Below are positions 1 to 13,903 of a stretch of DNA of 64,000 nucleotides, piece by piece. A model generated the notes under the pieces. It worked only from the letters and a program-made list of their open reading frames with translations. It had not been told where the DNA came from and did no database searches. The DNA lies in contig OX597815.1 in the NCBI GenBank assembly GCA_951406725.2, positions 143,220,001-143,284,000 of the forward strand, given 5' to 3'. The translations under genes and the position numbers were made by a program. Origin of the DNA: Octopus vulgaris (taxonomy: Eukaryota). How positions within the stretch are numbered: position 1 is the stretch's first letter; every line of letters begins with the position of its first letter.

Positions 1-367
1 GAAGTGAGTGGCACTCCTCAGAGTTTATTGCTTGTTGCATAGATTTGGCCTCCCTTCTCGATAGAAAACCCTAAGCCCTTCACCCCCAGCTCATAAGTAC
101 TCCATAAACTCGATGCAGAGGACTTGAGGAGTTTGAGATTTCAAAGTCAGACTCGGTACGTGACCTGGGAATAAATATGAGAAATAATGCATCATGGACA
201 TATTATCGAGACAGCATATATGTATACGTATGTATATATGTATATATGCGTACATATATACATATATATACGTGTACATAAATGTACATATATGCATATA
301 CATACTTATACAGTTATATAAAATATATATATACATATATGTATGTAAGTATGAATATATATATATG

Positions 368-408
<41 letters not shown>

Positions 409-864
409 AAGAGTTACGGAATGGAGTAGATAAGATCCGGGTTGCATATGTATCACAACGAACGGAACCTCGGAGGTGGTAGATATCCAAGCGAGATGTA
501 TACTGCAGCTACATGACAGGTCAAGGGTATCTTGATTAAATAAAGTTTACATTGTCACAAGGAGATAAATTTTAACACATGCGTGTGTCGCAAGGAGGTA
601 ATCAAGATACTCTTGGCCTGACGATTAACCTGCGGTATGCACTTCACCTGGATATCTACCACCTCCGAGGTTCCGCTTGCTATGAAACATATGTATCCCG
701 GATCTTGTTTACTCCATTCCTTAACTCCTGTATTCTTATTCGCATACCCGGTAACAGTGGTTACGTACCGGGAAATACATTAAAAAAAATTTCAACTTAT
801 AGTACTTCAATACGAAAAATCCCACTATAAACCCTCAATAAATCACTATTGTCCCTAGAATACA

Positions 865-1120
865 TATTTTCTTCAGAAAAATATTTTGTCCGTGTTTGTA
901 GAGTTTATTAATGAATGATTTCACAAGTAGAAAAATCTAAAGAAATCATTCTTTAATAAACTCCACACACAACTTGGACAAAAAATTTTTCTGAAGAAAA
1001 TACTTATATAAATAAATTTCAATGTTATGATTAGCGAAAGCGAAACCGGTCGATAAACAATATAAGATATATTAAAAATTATATTAAAACTATGTAACGT
1101 GTATGCATTTTTCTTCTTTA

Positions 1121-1125
<5 letters not shown>
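865..1125 (+). mobile_element. Fold-back Penelope-like terminal remnant (inverted repeat + HHR-like motif, ending in (TA)n)
   Basis: Imperfect inverted repeat 865-922/942-1002, then tgtt-ATGATTA-GC-GAAA-GC-GAAAC-CG-GTC-gata at 1023-1055, then (TA)n from about 1126. Confidence 0.5.
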
Positions 1126-1176
<51 letters not shown>

Positions 1177-3345
1177 GACGGCTGCCCATTACTCGATGTG
1201 TAAGTACTTTTTACTGTTTTACATGTAAAATCTAAAGTTATTATTCGATATCAAAGAGGAAAGAAACCCAAGATTTGAGACGAAAACTGCAAGTTTAGTC
1301 TATGATATAAAAACATTAAGTGGCAAACCTTCATTTAATTTTATCACATCTTCTCAAGTATGACCTGGAAAAACGAATGGAGAGCGAACATACTTTGATA
1401 ATATATATACAACTATTTGTATTAACACATGTTCGCAAAGAATTTAAACACACATTCGTGGATACATTCCCATAAATTAGAAACGAAGCACTGTCTCGTT
1501 CAATTCACTGAACAGTTAGAAATCAATCAGAAAAAAAAAGAAGCAATCACCCGTAAATACTCCGCTTATTTAAGTTCTGTTTTTCTGACTTCATTGACTC
1601 AAACAGAAAGTTCTGCTAACTTCATGGTATCATGCCTCCAACTTTATTAGAAGAAACCAGTAATGATCTGATATGGTAAAACAAAGAAACTGTTAACAAA
1701 ATACATAAGTAAGCTCGGAAGATTTGGGTTTTGACATTAAGTACAGCTCCTTTCTTCGAAGAGATAGTAAGTGTCCCTTTTAATGTGTTAGCGTTTATTT
1801 ACGCACTTTATTTTACTTTGATAAAGGAGCCCAGCCCCAAATATCAGAACTCACTTCTTATATGTGAGATAAGAAGAGTTAAATCCCATTAGTTACAAGA
1901 CTCTAAAAGACATTCCTATTTTGGTGGAGCCCATTACAACCAAAGCTTTTGAACAAGACATTTTAAGATTCAGATATAATATGGAGCCTATATCTTTCGA
2001 TTCCAGACATATTTACCATCTCAATAACACCTGCAAAACCATTTATCACAGACGATGACATACACACATATTCAAAAAAGAAAATCTCTCACATACACTG
2101 AAACAAACATACATACTCGCACATATACATTCTCACAAATTATAAAACGACGAAACAATGTCTCGCCACAATTTACAGAACAACCAAAAGTCAATCAGAA
2201 ACGACTAATCGCCCGTAGATATTCTGATGATTTAAGTTCTGCTTTCCAAACTTCTCTGACTTAAGCTGAAAACTATGCGAACTTTGTGGAATCTTGTTGC
2301 CAACATTATTAACTCAATTACATCTGAATTCACACATAATTCTTCTCAATAAAGATTATATTTCTTATAATCTGATTTTCTTGTTTGTAATTCCATTCCA
2401 AGAGAACGAACTAAATATTCATGCATACAGTCAATATATTTCTTCTTGCTTTCAGGAACGCTTTCATAATCCCTTATACATAGTCACTCCACCACACACA
2501 TATATATCAACACAAGCACACATACACCCACACGTTTATATACAATTACGATACCGTAATCATTACAATCCATGATTAAATAACAATATTAAATGCGGCT
2601 TACAATGTGGTTAAGATGTTTCCGGTCACATTTTTTTTAGGGGAATCTACTTCACCCAACACTGCATGCAGTTTTATATAAATGCATCCTGAAATAAATA
2701 AGTTTTCAATATACACTCCACTCCACAGCAGGATGAAGGGAGAGACATGATAAATAACGTACAAAGTCAGCAGCTGATCGCATTCCGATAAAAAATAGGG
2801 ATCATGCCAAAAGAATACTTTTTTAGAGGATAAACAAAAAGCATACAATAAATAAAGTGCAATTTAGTAAGTTTTAAATCCAGTTAAAATATTTTACTTT
2901 ATTCTTGTTCCCTGCAGTAGCTATAGAACGGTCTGTCCTCTGACGTTTCCAGTAGCACACCGAATTGTGTGTGTGTGTGTGTGTGTGAGACCAAACTGTT
3001 TTTCGAAGAAAATAAATTGTTGGAGGGTGGATGGTTAGAGCTTCAGTCACTAAAATTGTTGAATCGATCTTTTACGTTATATCTATTACTTGCTTCAGTC
3101 ATTGGGCTGCGACCATGCTGCAGTGTTGCCTTGAATAACCTTAAGTTGAATAGATCGATCCTAGTCCTATTTTTTAAAGACTGGTACTAATTCTATCTGT
3201 CTTTTTCGCTAAACCGCTAAGTTTCAGTGACGTAAACATACCAACACCGATTGGCAAGCCTTGTTGCAGGAACAGGCACAGCCACAAAAACAGACAGATT
3301 CACACACACGAATATGTAGATATATAAATAGATAGATAAATAAAT

Positions 3346-3384
<39 letters not shown>

Positions 3385-3537
3385 CAAAGGATATACTTAG
3401 TATGTCCTTTGATCAATTTTAATCCCTCGGCTATTTAATGCTATTTTGGGGCCTGCTATCGCCTGTGTCATTGATTCTGTTATTATCATTTTTAAAATAG
3501 TCACATTGGATAATAATAGAATTAATGATATACCTTC

Positions 3538-3654
<117 letters not shown>

Positions 3655-3745
3655 TGTGTAAGCATGTATTTCGGAATGGTCATTTTGCCAGTTTAACCAA
3701 TAAATATATATATAGCAAATATATAAACGTATATGTAAGCATGTT

Positions 3746-3782
<37 letters not shown>

Positions 3783-3790
3783 TTACACAC

Positions 3791-3836
<46 letters not shown>

Positions 3837-3841
<5 letters not shown>

Positions 3842-4929
3842 AAAAGGTTTGAAAATGCATTTTAAACGATGTTTATTTACTTAACCGGTTTCACTCTTTG
3901 GTAAAGATTGTCAAAAGTTACATTTAAGGAAACATTGAATAATATGGGTTCAAAAAAGTTTTACATAATTGTCACATTGAATATTATGCATTCAAAAAAG
4001 TTTTTTACATAATTGTCACATTGGATATTATGGGTTCAAAAAGTTTTTACATAATTGTCACATTGAATATTATGCATTCAAAAAAGTTTTTTACATAATT
4101 GTCACATTGGATATTATGAATTCAAAAATGTTTTTATACATAATTGTCACATTATTTGGGAAAATTTGGCAGAAAAGGATAAAACAAATATATTATTGGG
4201 AATTGGTTGCGTTAATTATTGGTTGTCGCAAATTGTCACATTACATGTATATATATACAATCTTTGGTATATATATACAGCGTTTTGACAGCAAAAATTA
4301 AAATGGATTTTTTGTCCATCTCAGAATATTTTAAGTATGTTTTTACTGACCTGTCAGTATTAGCAGAAAGGCTGAACAGTTCAGCCTTTCTGCTAATACT
4401 GACAGGTCAGTAAAAACATACTTAAAATATTCTGAGATGGACAAAAAATCCATTTTAATTTTTGCTGTCAAAACGCTGTATATATATACCAAAGATTGTA
4501 TATATATACATGTAATGTGACAATTTGCGACAACCAATAATTAACGCAACCAATTCCCAATAATATATTTGTTTTATCCTTTTCTGCCAAATTTTCCCAA
4601 ATAATGTGACAATTATGTATAAAAAAACATTTTTGAATTCATAATATCCAATGTGACAATTATGTAAAAAACTTTTTTGAATGCATAATATTCAATGTGA
4701 CAATTATGTAAAAAACTTTTTTGAACCCATAATATCCAATGTGACAATTATGTAAAAAACTTTTTTGAATGCATAATATTCAATGTGACAATTATGTAAA
4801 AAACTTTTTTTGAACCCATATTATTCAATGTTTCCTTAAATGTAACTTTTGACAATCTTTTACCAAAGAGTGAAACCGGTTAAGTAAATAAACATCGTTT
4901 AAATTGCATTTTCAAACCTTTTTTCTTAT
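3837..4929. repeat. About 1.1-kb near-perfect palindrome (centre 4378) with internal ~44-bp tandem repeats
   Basis: GCTGAAC-A-GTTCAGC at the centre; mirror ORFs 4219..4413(+) and 4343..4537(-) with coordinates summing to 8756; unit ttacataattgtcacattgRatattatg.. repeated about 5 times per arm. Confidence 0.95.
4845..4885 (+). ncRNA. Minimal type-I hammerhead-like motif, U3-A8 variant (mirror copy on - strand at about 3879-3919)
   Basis: actt-TTGACAA-tcttt/aaaga hairpin-GAAAC-CG-GTT-aagt; helix I actt/aagt; palindromic helix III ACCGGT. Confidence 0.5.
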
Positions 4930-4972
4930 ATAATCCCACTCGTGCGATACCCCACAACTCAACTTTTTTATA

Positions 4973-5010
<38 letters not shown>

Positions 5011-5204
5011 CATACATACATACATACATACATACATACATACGAAGAGCTTCTTTCAGTTTCCGTCTACCAAATCCACTCACATTGCTTTTGGTCTACG
5101 CAAGGCTATAATAGAAGTGGCATGCCCAAGGTGCCATGCAGTGGGACTGAAACCCGGAACCTGTAGTTAGGAAACAAACTACTTTACCATACAGCCCCCA
5201 TTGA

Positions 5205-6138
5205 GACTATAATTGTTTAATGTTTGAAGAGGTACAGTCTTTAAAACCATGTTGGCATTCCAAAACCAAGGTGAAAGCAATTCTGGCAGGCATAACTAAG
5301 GACGGAAGACAAAGCTCATGGAGAGGGAGTGTTGTATAGTTAAACGCATAATGTCTTAATATCTTCGAACCACGATAGGAAAAGTGACAACAGAGCACCA
5401 CCATGCTAACCTTGTGTCAACCAAAACTGTTTGTCGAAAGCTCCTTAAACCTGGATACCATCGAAAGGCTACAACTGCTAAACTTTTTCTGTTCTATTAA
5501 CATTGATGAGCGGGTAAAATTATGTCTATTATTAGAAGTGGTCAATCGCTCAATGGAACTTTTCTTCTTACTTCGGGGCTAGTTGATGTTCAAAGACAGC
5601 CCCAAAAGCCTTCTACCCTGAGTGTCTGCCCTTACTGTAAAGCATGGAGGTGGCCCTGTGATTACTTGGGCATCCATATCAATTCTCTGCGCCCTTTGGT
5701 TGTTCTACATAACAGAGTTAACACGAAGGATTATCTGAGTATTTTAGCTGATTATGTTCGTCCGATAGTACAAACATTGTTCCCTGATGATAACAACCAT
5801 CCAGGGTGTTGAGGCACCGATTTCGCATGGCTAATGTTATTCAAAATTGGCATGAAGGGCACAAAATGTTCCATTTGGATCTTAATATAATCAAACATTT
5901 ATAGTGCATTTTGATCAGTTAGTTAGGTTCCACTTCTCCCGGCCATCGAAAACGATAAAGCTAAAGTAAAATTTTACTAGAATAATTGGCTCAAAATTCC
6001 CCTAACAACCGTTCAGAACCTGTACAAGTCAATTCCTCGATATATTAAAGCTGAGATTGATGTCAAAGTTGGAACAACTACGTAATGAATATTAAGATTT
6101 CCATTTAACATGTTTTCATTATTCTATCCAACTTCTGT
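5205..6138 (+). mobile_element. Degenerate Tc1-family DNA transposon
   Basis: Frameshifted transposase motifs TVKHGGGPVITW and LRPLVVLHNRVNTKDYLSILADYVRPIVQTLFPDD; right end ...ttattctatccaacttctgTA resembles a Tc1 TIR. Confidence 0.75.
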
Positions 6139-6864
6139 ATGTATGTATGTATGTATGTATGTATGTATGTATGTATGTATGTATGTATGTATGTATGTAT
6201 GTATGTATGTATGTATGTATGTATGTATGTATGTATGTATGTATGTATGTATGTATGTATGCATGCATGCATGCATGCATGTATGTATGTATGTATGTAT
6301 GTATGTATGTATGCATGCATGCATGTATGTATGTATATATGTATGTATGCATGCATGCATGCATGTATGTATGCATGCATTCATGCATGCATGTATGTAT
6401 GTGTGTATGCATGCATGCATGCATGCATGCATGTATGTATGTATATATGTATGTATGTATGTATGTATGCATGCATGCATGCATGTATGTATGCATGCAT
6501 TCATGCATGCATGTATGTATGTGTGTATGCATGCATGCATGTATGTATGTATGTATGTATGTATGTATGTATGCATGCATGCATGTATGTATGTATGCAT
6601 GTGTGTGTGTATGTATGTATGTGTGTATGTATGTATGTATGTATGTATGTGTGTATGTATGTATGTATGCATGCATGTATGTATGTATGCATGTGTGTGT
6701 GTATGTATGTATGTATGTATGTATGTATGTATGTATGCATGTGTGTGTGTATGTATGTATGTATGTATGTGTGTGTGTATGTATGTATGTATGTATGTAT
6801 GTATGTGTGTGTGTATGTATGTATGTATGTATGTATGTATGTATGTATGTATGTATGTATGTAT
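6137..6864. repeat. Compound (ATGT)n/(ATGC)n/(GT)n microsatellite
   Basis: Direct reading; source of the MYVC/HTYI ORFs. Confidence 0.97.
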
Positions 6865-7028
6865 CGTTTCAATGACCATTCTTGTTCAATTCATATACGA
6901 GTCACTCATGACGTTAATAAATGCTCTATGTTGCGTGGCAACCCGTCTAACTGTCTTTAGTGCAACATTGACTGTAAAGCATCTAGATGTGCCGCAAGGT
7001 AGCTTATGATAGATATTCCATAATTTTT

Positions 7029-7088
<60 letters not shown>

Positions 7089-7317
7089 TTCCTTCTTTTT
7101 GTTTGTTTAATTCACATGAAGTTATAGCACCGATTACTTTTTGAGCTGCTGTGCACCATTGGTGGTTAAATACTTCACGTAGTTGAAGCCACATTGTGCT
7201 GTCTAGGTTCATATACATCTATCTGATACATGCACACACTCATACACACACACGCACATACGTACGCACACACATGGTGGAGAAACATGTATTGTAACGT
7301 GTGTATACATCTACATA

Positions 7318-7391
<74 letters not shown>

Positions 7392-9000
7392 AGTGTGTCT
7401 TTATGTGTGTGTATGAACAGAGTTAGTGCAATGTACAGGAGTTGGGGAAGAAAACAAAGGATAGAAAGTTGCCGACAAGAAACTATTTATTTAAACATAT
7501 TCAGTTCGATACAAGCAACTATATTAGCTTCTGAATAGTTTAAATTTTTATTGTAAAGGTCATGGGTTAAATTCAATATCGGCATTGTTCTGTAGAGAAT
7601 AAGACATTTCGCCAATTTGATAGACTCTGTGTTGATTGGTAAAAGATAGACTTTTGTGAGTGTTTTATCACGGACAGCATAATGAAGATGCTTTCAGTGC
7701 CTTCAAGCAGGACTTCAGCTAGTGACAATGTTTATTTTATCAAATAAACACGACAAATATAAAGTGCTTTATGCTAGATATATGTTAGCGATGAGTGAAA
7801 TATAGTGAAAGAGATATAAGATGAAGGTTTAGTGCGTGGGTTTCTGTGTCCACGTGTGTGTGGAGAGCGAGAGAGTGAGAGAGATAGAGAACGGGAGAGA
7901 GAGAGAGAGATCTAAGAGTAGAAAGGTGAAGATAGTCGCATACTATTATGATTGCAAACAGACAAAGATGGATATACGATATGGAGGTGGAGGGACAGAG
8001 AACGAGGTTTGTGTAAGATGGAGCGAAGATAGATACATATATGAAAAGTTGCAGCTAGACATATGTGGATGGGTGTATGTATATATGCGTGTATGTGAGT
8101 ATGCTTTGGCTTACGTAAGAAAAACTTGAGTCTATTAAGACACGTATATGCTGCCAAACAGAGAGACAGTGGGTTCGAAAGATAGATATTTTTAGCCTAT
8201 GGTGGCTAATATACTTAAGGTAGTGAGGGAAAATTAATTAAACATCTGGTGTTACACCTATTAGAGACATTAGGATTAATGACAAAATTCATTAAAAATG
8301 AAATCGTAATATGCAACTGGGGGTGAATGAGGCTGACCTTTGACCGAAAATTTGTCAATTGTGGACATTTTTCAATTTTATTAAACATTTTCCAGAAAGT
8401 ATAATCTAACACAGATCTACAAAATGACTTAGAATGGCTTAGATTAGATATAATTTTTATACCATACATACATGTTCGCTCGCTTTCGTCTCCACCTGGC
8501 ACCAACATTCATAATTAATTCACCATTGTTATCATAATTACAATGCTTAGTTTCTTTATTACTAAGCAGGTACTTCATTAGTGAAATGATTCAACTAATA
8601 TATACAGAGCGATAATATATATATATATTCTACACTGATGACAGTGACGGAGGCTCTATTTATCTAATGTTTATATATAATATATAAAGCAATATTAAAT
8701 CTCTGAGCGAGAAGTCAACAGTAGATGTCAACGGCGTTCCCATATAGTATTTACGAAGGGAAATCATCGTTCCCATCTCTAGCTTTACGTGATACACACA
8801 GACCCGGGTTTCTGGGTACTAACCCGCCAGCAGTGTGTGATAATCACCAGCTAGCGATGAGAATTCATTTCAAACGCAAAATACTATATGCTTTTTCCAG
8901 TGACATGGGAATGGAGAAAATGAAATTAAAGTTGTCGCTTAAAGATGTTCCACTTACCAACAAAATTGAAAACTTGAAACTCGTTACATATACACGTGTA

Positions 9001-9095
<95 letters not shown>

Positions 9096-9099
<4 letters not shown>

Positions 9100-9390
9100 A
9101 CGCGCGGCCTAGTGGTTAAGTGTGTTGAACCCACGATCATGTGATCGTGGTTTCGATTTCCAGACCGGCAGCGCATGCTGTGCTATTGAGCAAAGCCCTT
9201 CATTTCACGTTTTTCCAGCCCACTCAGCTGTAAATGAATGACCCTGCGACGGGCCAGCCTCCCGTTCAGGGGGAAAAGTGGCCTGCTCACCCAACCAGCA
9301 AGGTGGCATCGTTCGAAAGCTAAAACGACACGATTCGTATTGTGACCAGTGATGTACAACAACATGCAATAATATGGTCGATCACATGAT
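9096..9390 (+). mobile_element. tRNA-derived SINE, family C (other copies about 21736-21995 and 42620-42960, + strand)
   Basis: A-box GGCCTAGTGG, B-box-like GTTTCGATT, shared core tgtgttcttgagcaaaac..tttcacgttg..ccactcagctgta. Confidence 0.8.
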
Positions 9391-9506
9391 GTATGTATGT
9401 ATGTATGTATGTATGTATGTATGTATGTATGTATGTATGTATGTATGTATGTATGTATGTATGTATGTATGTATGTATGTATGTATGTATGTATGTATGT
9501 ATGTAT

Positions 9507-10188
9507 CAGTGGCGGCTCGTGTATAGGAACTGCGGGACTGCAGCACTCTCTATTTCCTCTCGATATTATCGATAACATTCAATATAATGAGTCCTTTTTT
9601 CTTTAGTTCTTTCTTTATACTTGTACATTATATAATCCTTAAGCTTAATGTCAGTAGCCATCCCCTAGTTAATGAAAAAAATACAAAAATCCTTGTATAG
9701 AACTGTGCGCTTCACAGCTCCAGCGCCGCAGTGTTTGGCTGTTGTTCGTATGCTTACATGTCCGAGATAGGAAGCTTCACGCTAGGGAGAGAGAACACTG
9801 CGTTAATGACAGTGTCGGGTGAAAGGTATAGTGTTTCTTTTTGACTCCGCGTGTGCTGTGCTTGAAAACGTCTTTATATTTTTGAAGAATTAGATTACAA
9901 TCCTACTTCCAGCTTCAGTGTTGCTGCCAGGATTTGAAAAACAGGGCATATTTCCACCTACCTTATTTCGTAGTTTAGGAAGGATTTTTGAAAAATAAGG
10001 GGGAATTCGCGGCGGTGTTCAGTGAACAAATTAAACGCACTACCCGACAGTGGATAAAACGCGAACCTATCAAAGTTATGTATAATTTTTCTTTTTATAT
10101 GTTTGTTTCCTTTTGCACAATATTAAAACAACGGCTAAAAATTTTCTGAAGCAGCACCCCTACGAATTTTATCTAGGCGCCAACACTG
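9507..10188. mobile_element. Non-autonomous hAT-like element inserted in (TATG)n
   Basis: Ends CAGTGGCGGC... and ...GGCGCCAACACTG form imperfect TIRs; flanked by GTATGTAT on both sides (8 bp, but inside a microsatellite). Confidence 0.55.
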
Positions 10189-10262
10189 GTATGTATGCAT
10201 GTATGTATGTATGTATGTATGTATGTATGTATGTATGTATGTATGTATGTATGTATGTATGT

Positions 10263-10832
10263 CATTATTCAGTTTATTTCAAGATTTATTGCCAATAGAG
10301 AAAGAACCGGTTTCTAACCTAGGTCCGAGGCTCATTCATTGGAATTTCAACATCAACAAGGTATATTTGAATGTATGTATGTATGTATGTATGTATGTAT
10401 GTATGTATGTATGTATGTATGTATGTATGTATGTATGTATGTATGTTTTATGTATGTATTCTGATGCATATATATCTGCATATCTAGACATGCTCATATA
10501 TGTTTAAATGGTAAACGTCTGAAAAGTTTTACAGATTTTTACAGTTGGAGTGATAGATTGGATCTGTAGGCTTCGAATTAGCTTTCTCCTTTCTCCTTAC
10601 ATATCCCAGGGCCCCAATAATTACAGATATAAACCTGAACATGTAATCTGGATAGTTCAGCATAGGTGTTTTCTTTTCTCCTGATCTTCAGCTTTATTTT
10701 AACATCCGCCAGGCAGCTAATTTCTACAACTGAGCACAGTTTCTCTTCTCTATCTCAAATCATTAGACTTGGTCTGTTTTGCTTACATTTTATTGAGGTC
10801 TTCACTGGTACATCCCACCAGTATCCCTTTCT
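10263..10832 (-). mobile_element. 3' fragment of an REL-endonuclease non-LTR retrotransposon (R4/Dong-like) in (TACA)n
   Basis: Minus-strand translation YWWDVPVKTSIKCKQNRPSLMI*DREEKLCSVVEISCLADV...KENTYAEL / FISVIIGALGYV matches the RPD..E...K REL motif; (TATG)n on both sides. Confidence 0.75.
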
Positions 10833-11929
10833 ATGTATGTATGTATGTATATATGTATGTATTATCTATGTATGCATGCATGCACGTATGTATGTATATA
10901 CGTACGTACGTATGTATGTATGTATGCATAGAAACCTTTATATCCTACGTAACATGGATATACTTTAATAACACCATAATCCTGCGCTATTCGTCTTGAG
11001 AACTCTTCTCGTATAGACGTATAGCTAGATCATGTGATTTCTGCGTATTTGCGTTTCATCCTCAGCAGATATACATTATACTAACCAAATTTCGTCTATA
11101 GTGACTGACTAATCAGTCATTGGTATCGCTACAAGTTGTAGGCTGGGTTAAAATTAGCATACATGTGTGTGTTTTTTTTGTGTGTGTGTGTCTGTATGTG
11201 TGTGTGTGTCTGTATGTGTGTGTGTGTGTGTGCGCCCGCGCATGCGTACGTGTGTGTGTGTATCTGTCTGTCTGTGTCTGTGTAAATAATATTAGAAAAA
11301 ATAGGTCACAAGAATGGAAATGCCAGTTCTTTGACCATTTAAATCAATTTATATTTGTTTCTTTACCAGAAGAAACTGGCTTTATCTCTTAAGCCAGCTT
11401 AAGATTTGTTATTCCTTCGAGTCTCCCATATATATAACATTTATATACATGAATTCATAGAAAAGCTTATAGTTTTGTAATTTAACTATTTGTGCTTTAA
11501 ACAGACACATTAAATGAAAGAAGCATTCAAACACAAACATTATCATCAAACATGTTTACCTTAATAGTCTACTAAATATTATTAATGGAGTGCCATGAAA
11601 AACACACCTGTACCTAATCAATGTTTTTTATATTTTCTTTTTATTTATTTATATATTTTAGCGACTATTTATGTGTGAAGACATAAATTTGTCGTCATTT
11701 GTTTCCATAGGTTTGTCATCTGCTGCTTTCAATATTTTTTCTTTTTTTAACAAAAATGATTAAACACTTTGTAAAACAATTCTGAGAATATTCTGAAGAA
11801 AAGAATACAAACTTTACCAAAATGAGAACATTTGCTATAAAATATGCTGTTTGCTTGATCTAAAACCTTTTTAAACTTATTTCTGAAAGGCTGTTTTCTT
11901 TCTGTTTATAAATAAATATATATATATAA

Positions 11930-12231
<302 letters not shown>

Positions 12232-12296
12232 TTTTAATGTATATATATATATACATTAATATATATATATGAATGTGTATATATATATATACATAT

Positions 12297-12345
<49 letters not shown>

Positions 12346-13514
12346 TGCATGCATGTATGTATATATGTATGTATGTATATATATATATCGATTTTTTCAG
12401 ACAGTATTCATGAAACCGCTATTAGTGGACAATTGTTGTTAGTATGACATTTCTGTATACCTTTCATTAATGGGGGTAAAGGTAGTGGTAGAGCGGTAAT
12501 AGGGATGTAATGGTAGTGGATATAGCAAAAGAGGTGGTGAACACGCGGTGGTGATAGCTGTAGTAAGTGTGCGTGATATGATGTTGGTTGTGGTTTGTGT
12601 ATTGCTATTGTTGCTGTTGGTAGTAGCAGCAGTGATGTAGTAATGAATATAGTGATGCAGTGATGGTTTTGGTGGACGCATTGCAGTTGGTATCGAGACA
12701 GTGATTTTGTTGGAAGAGGTTGATGGCAGTGTTGTTGCTGATGGTGATTGGATGGGGTGCTGATAGTGGTGGTGTTATGGGAGTGATAGTGGTGATGAGT
12801 GATGAGTGATGATGATGGTGGTGGTAGTACTAGAAGAAGTAATGTGGATAGAAGAGATGGTGATGATGGCGGTAAGGTTTTGAGTATAGTAGTGGTAGTT
12901 GCAGTGAGTGGGGAAATTGTGGTGGTTCTGATGGCTGTATTGGTGGTGGTAGAAGTAGTGGTTGTGATGCTCATGGTGGAAGTAGTGGTGGTGCTACTGC
13001 TGCTAGTGCTGCTGTTGCTGATGCCTATCGACGCCATCGTCATATTGATTTTGTTATTGTTGTTGCTACTGTTGTTGTTTTTTGTCGTCGTCATCATCGT
13101 CGTCATCATCGTCGTCATCGTCGTCGTCTTTGTCATCGTTTTTGTTGTTGCTGTTATTCATATCCCAACAGAATTGCAAAGCTACAATACGAATTGAAAT
13201 GACAGAATTTTTGCAACTCTCAATTGACTTGGGACTCGAAATTTCTGGTGAAAACTTGTCTGTGGGGACTGTGCCGCGAGAGCAAGTTTAAAAGAACAAT
13301 CTGGATTCCATTCTAAATAGATTTCCATGTCAAAAACGCTGTTCCGATAGAACCTAGTCGCCATCATGATTGTCGCCATTTTGGTTGTCATCATCGTCGT
13401 TATAATGAGATAGATGATATTTATTTATATATTCTATAAAGCAGTAATTGTTAAGTCGGTGCAGTCAAAGTATGTGATACTTACGTCAGTCAACTACTTA
13501 TATGCCTTTCTTTT

Positions 13515-13903
13515 AAAGACACAAGGCCCGAAATTTGAGGGGAGAGGACTAGTCGATTACATCGACCCCAGTGTTTCACTGGTACCTAATTTATCAGCCC
13601 CGAAAGAATGAAAGACAAAGTCGGCCTCGGTGGACTTTGAACTCAGAACTTAGCGACGGGCGAAATACCTATTTCTTTATTACCCACAAGGGACTAAACA
13701 CAGAGGGGACAAACAAGGACAGACACGCAGATTAAGTCGATTATATCGACCCCAGTGCGTAACTGGTACTTATTTAATCGACCCCGAAAGGATGAAAAGC
13801 AAAGTCGACTTCGGCGGAATTTGAACTCAGAACGTAACGGCAGACGAAATACCGCTAATCATTTCGTCCAGCGTGCTAACCGTCCTGCCAGTTCGCTGCC
13901 TTA
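13515..13903 (-). mobile_element. tRNA-derived SINE, family B, dimeric (other copies about 16485-16860(-), 25890-26010(+), 28612-28810(+), 31320-31445(+), 34235-34340(-), 35660-35870(+), 59000-59365(-))
   Basis: Shared core gttctgagttcaaattccgccgaggtcgactttgcctttcatcctttcggggtcgat..gtaccag..ggggtcgatgtaatcgact. Confidence 0.85.

Noticed and set aside
3932-4152. Regular ~44-bp repeats resembling a CRISPR array
   Set aside because: Head-to-tail tandem units without unique spacers, no cas genes, eukaryotic context.
6105-7009. Long ORFs of up to 299 aa (MYVC/HTYI repeats)
   Set aside because: Translations of a stop-free tetranucleotide microsatellite; the same applies to most ORFs in the track.
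12408-13197. 242-aa Thr/Ser/His-rich ORF and overlapping hydrophobic ORF
   Set aside because: Decayed (GGT/GAT/GTT) triplet sequence with no recognisable domain.
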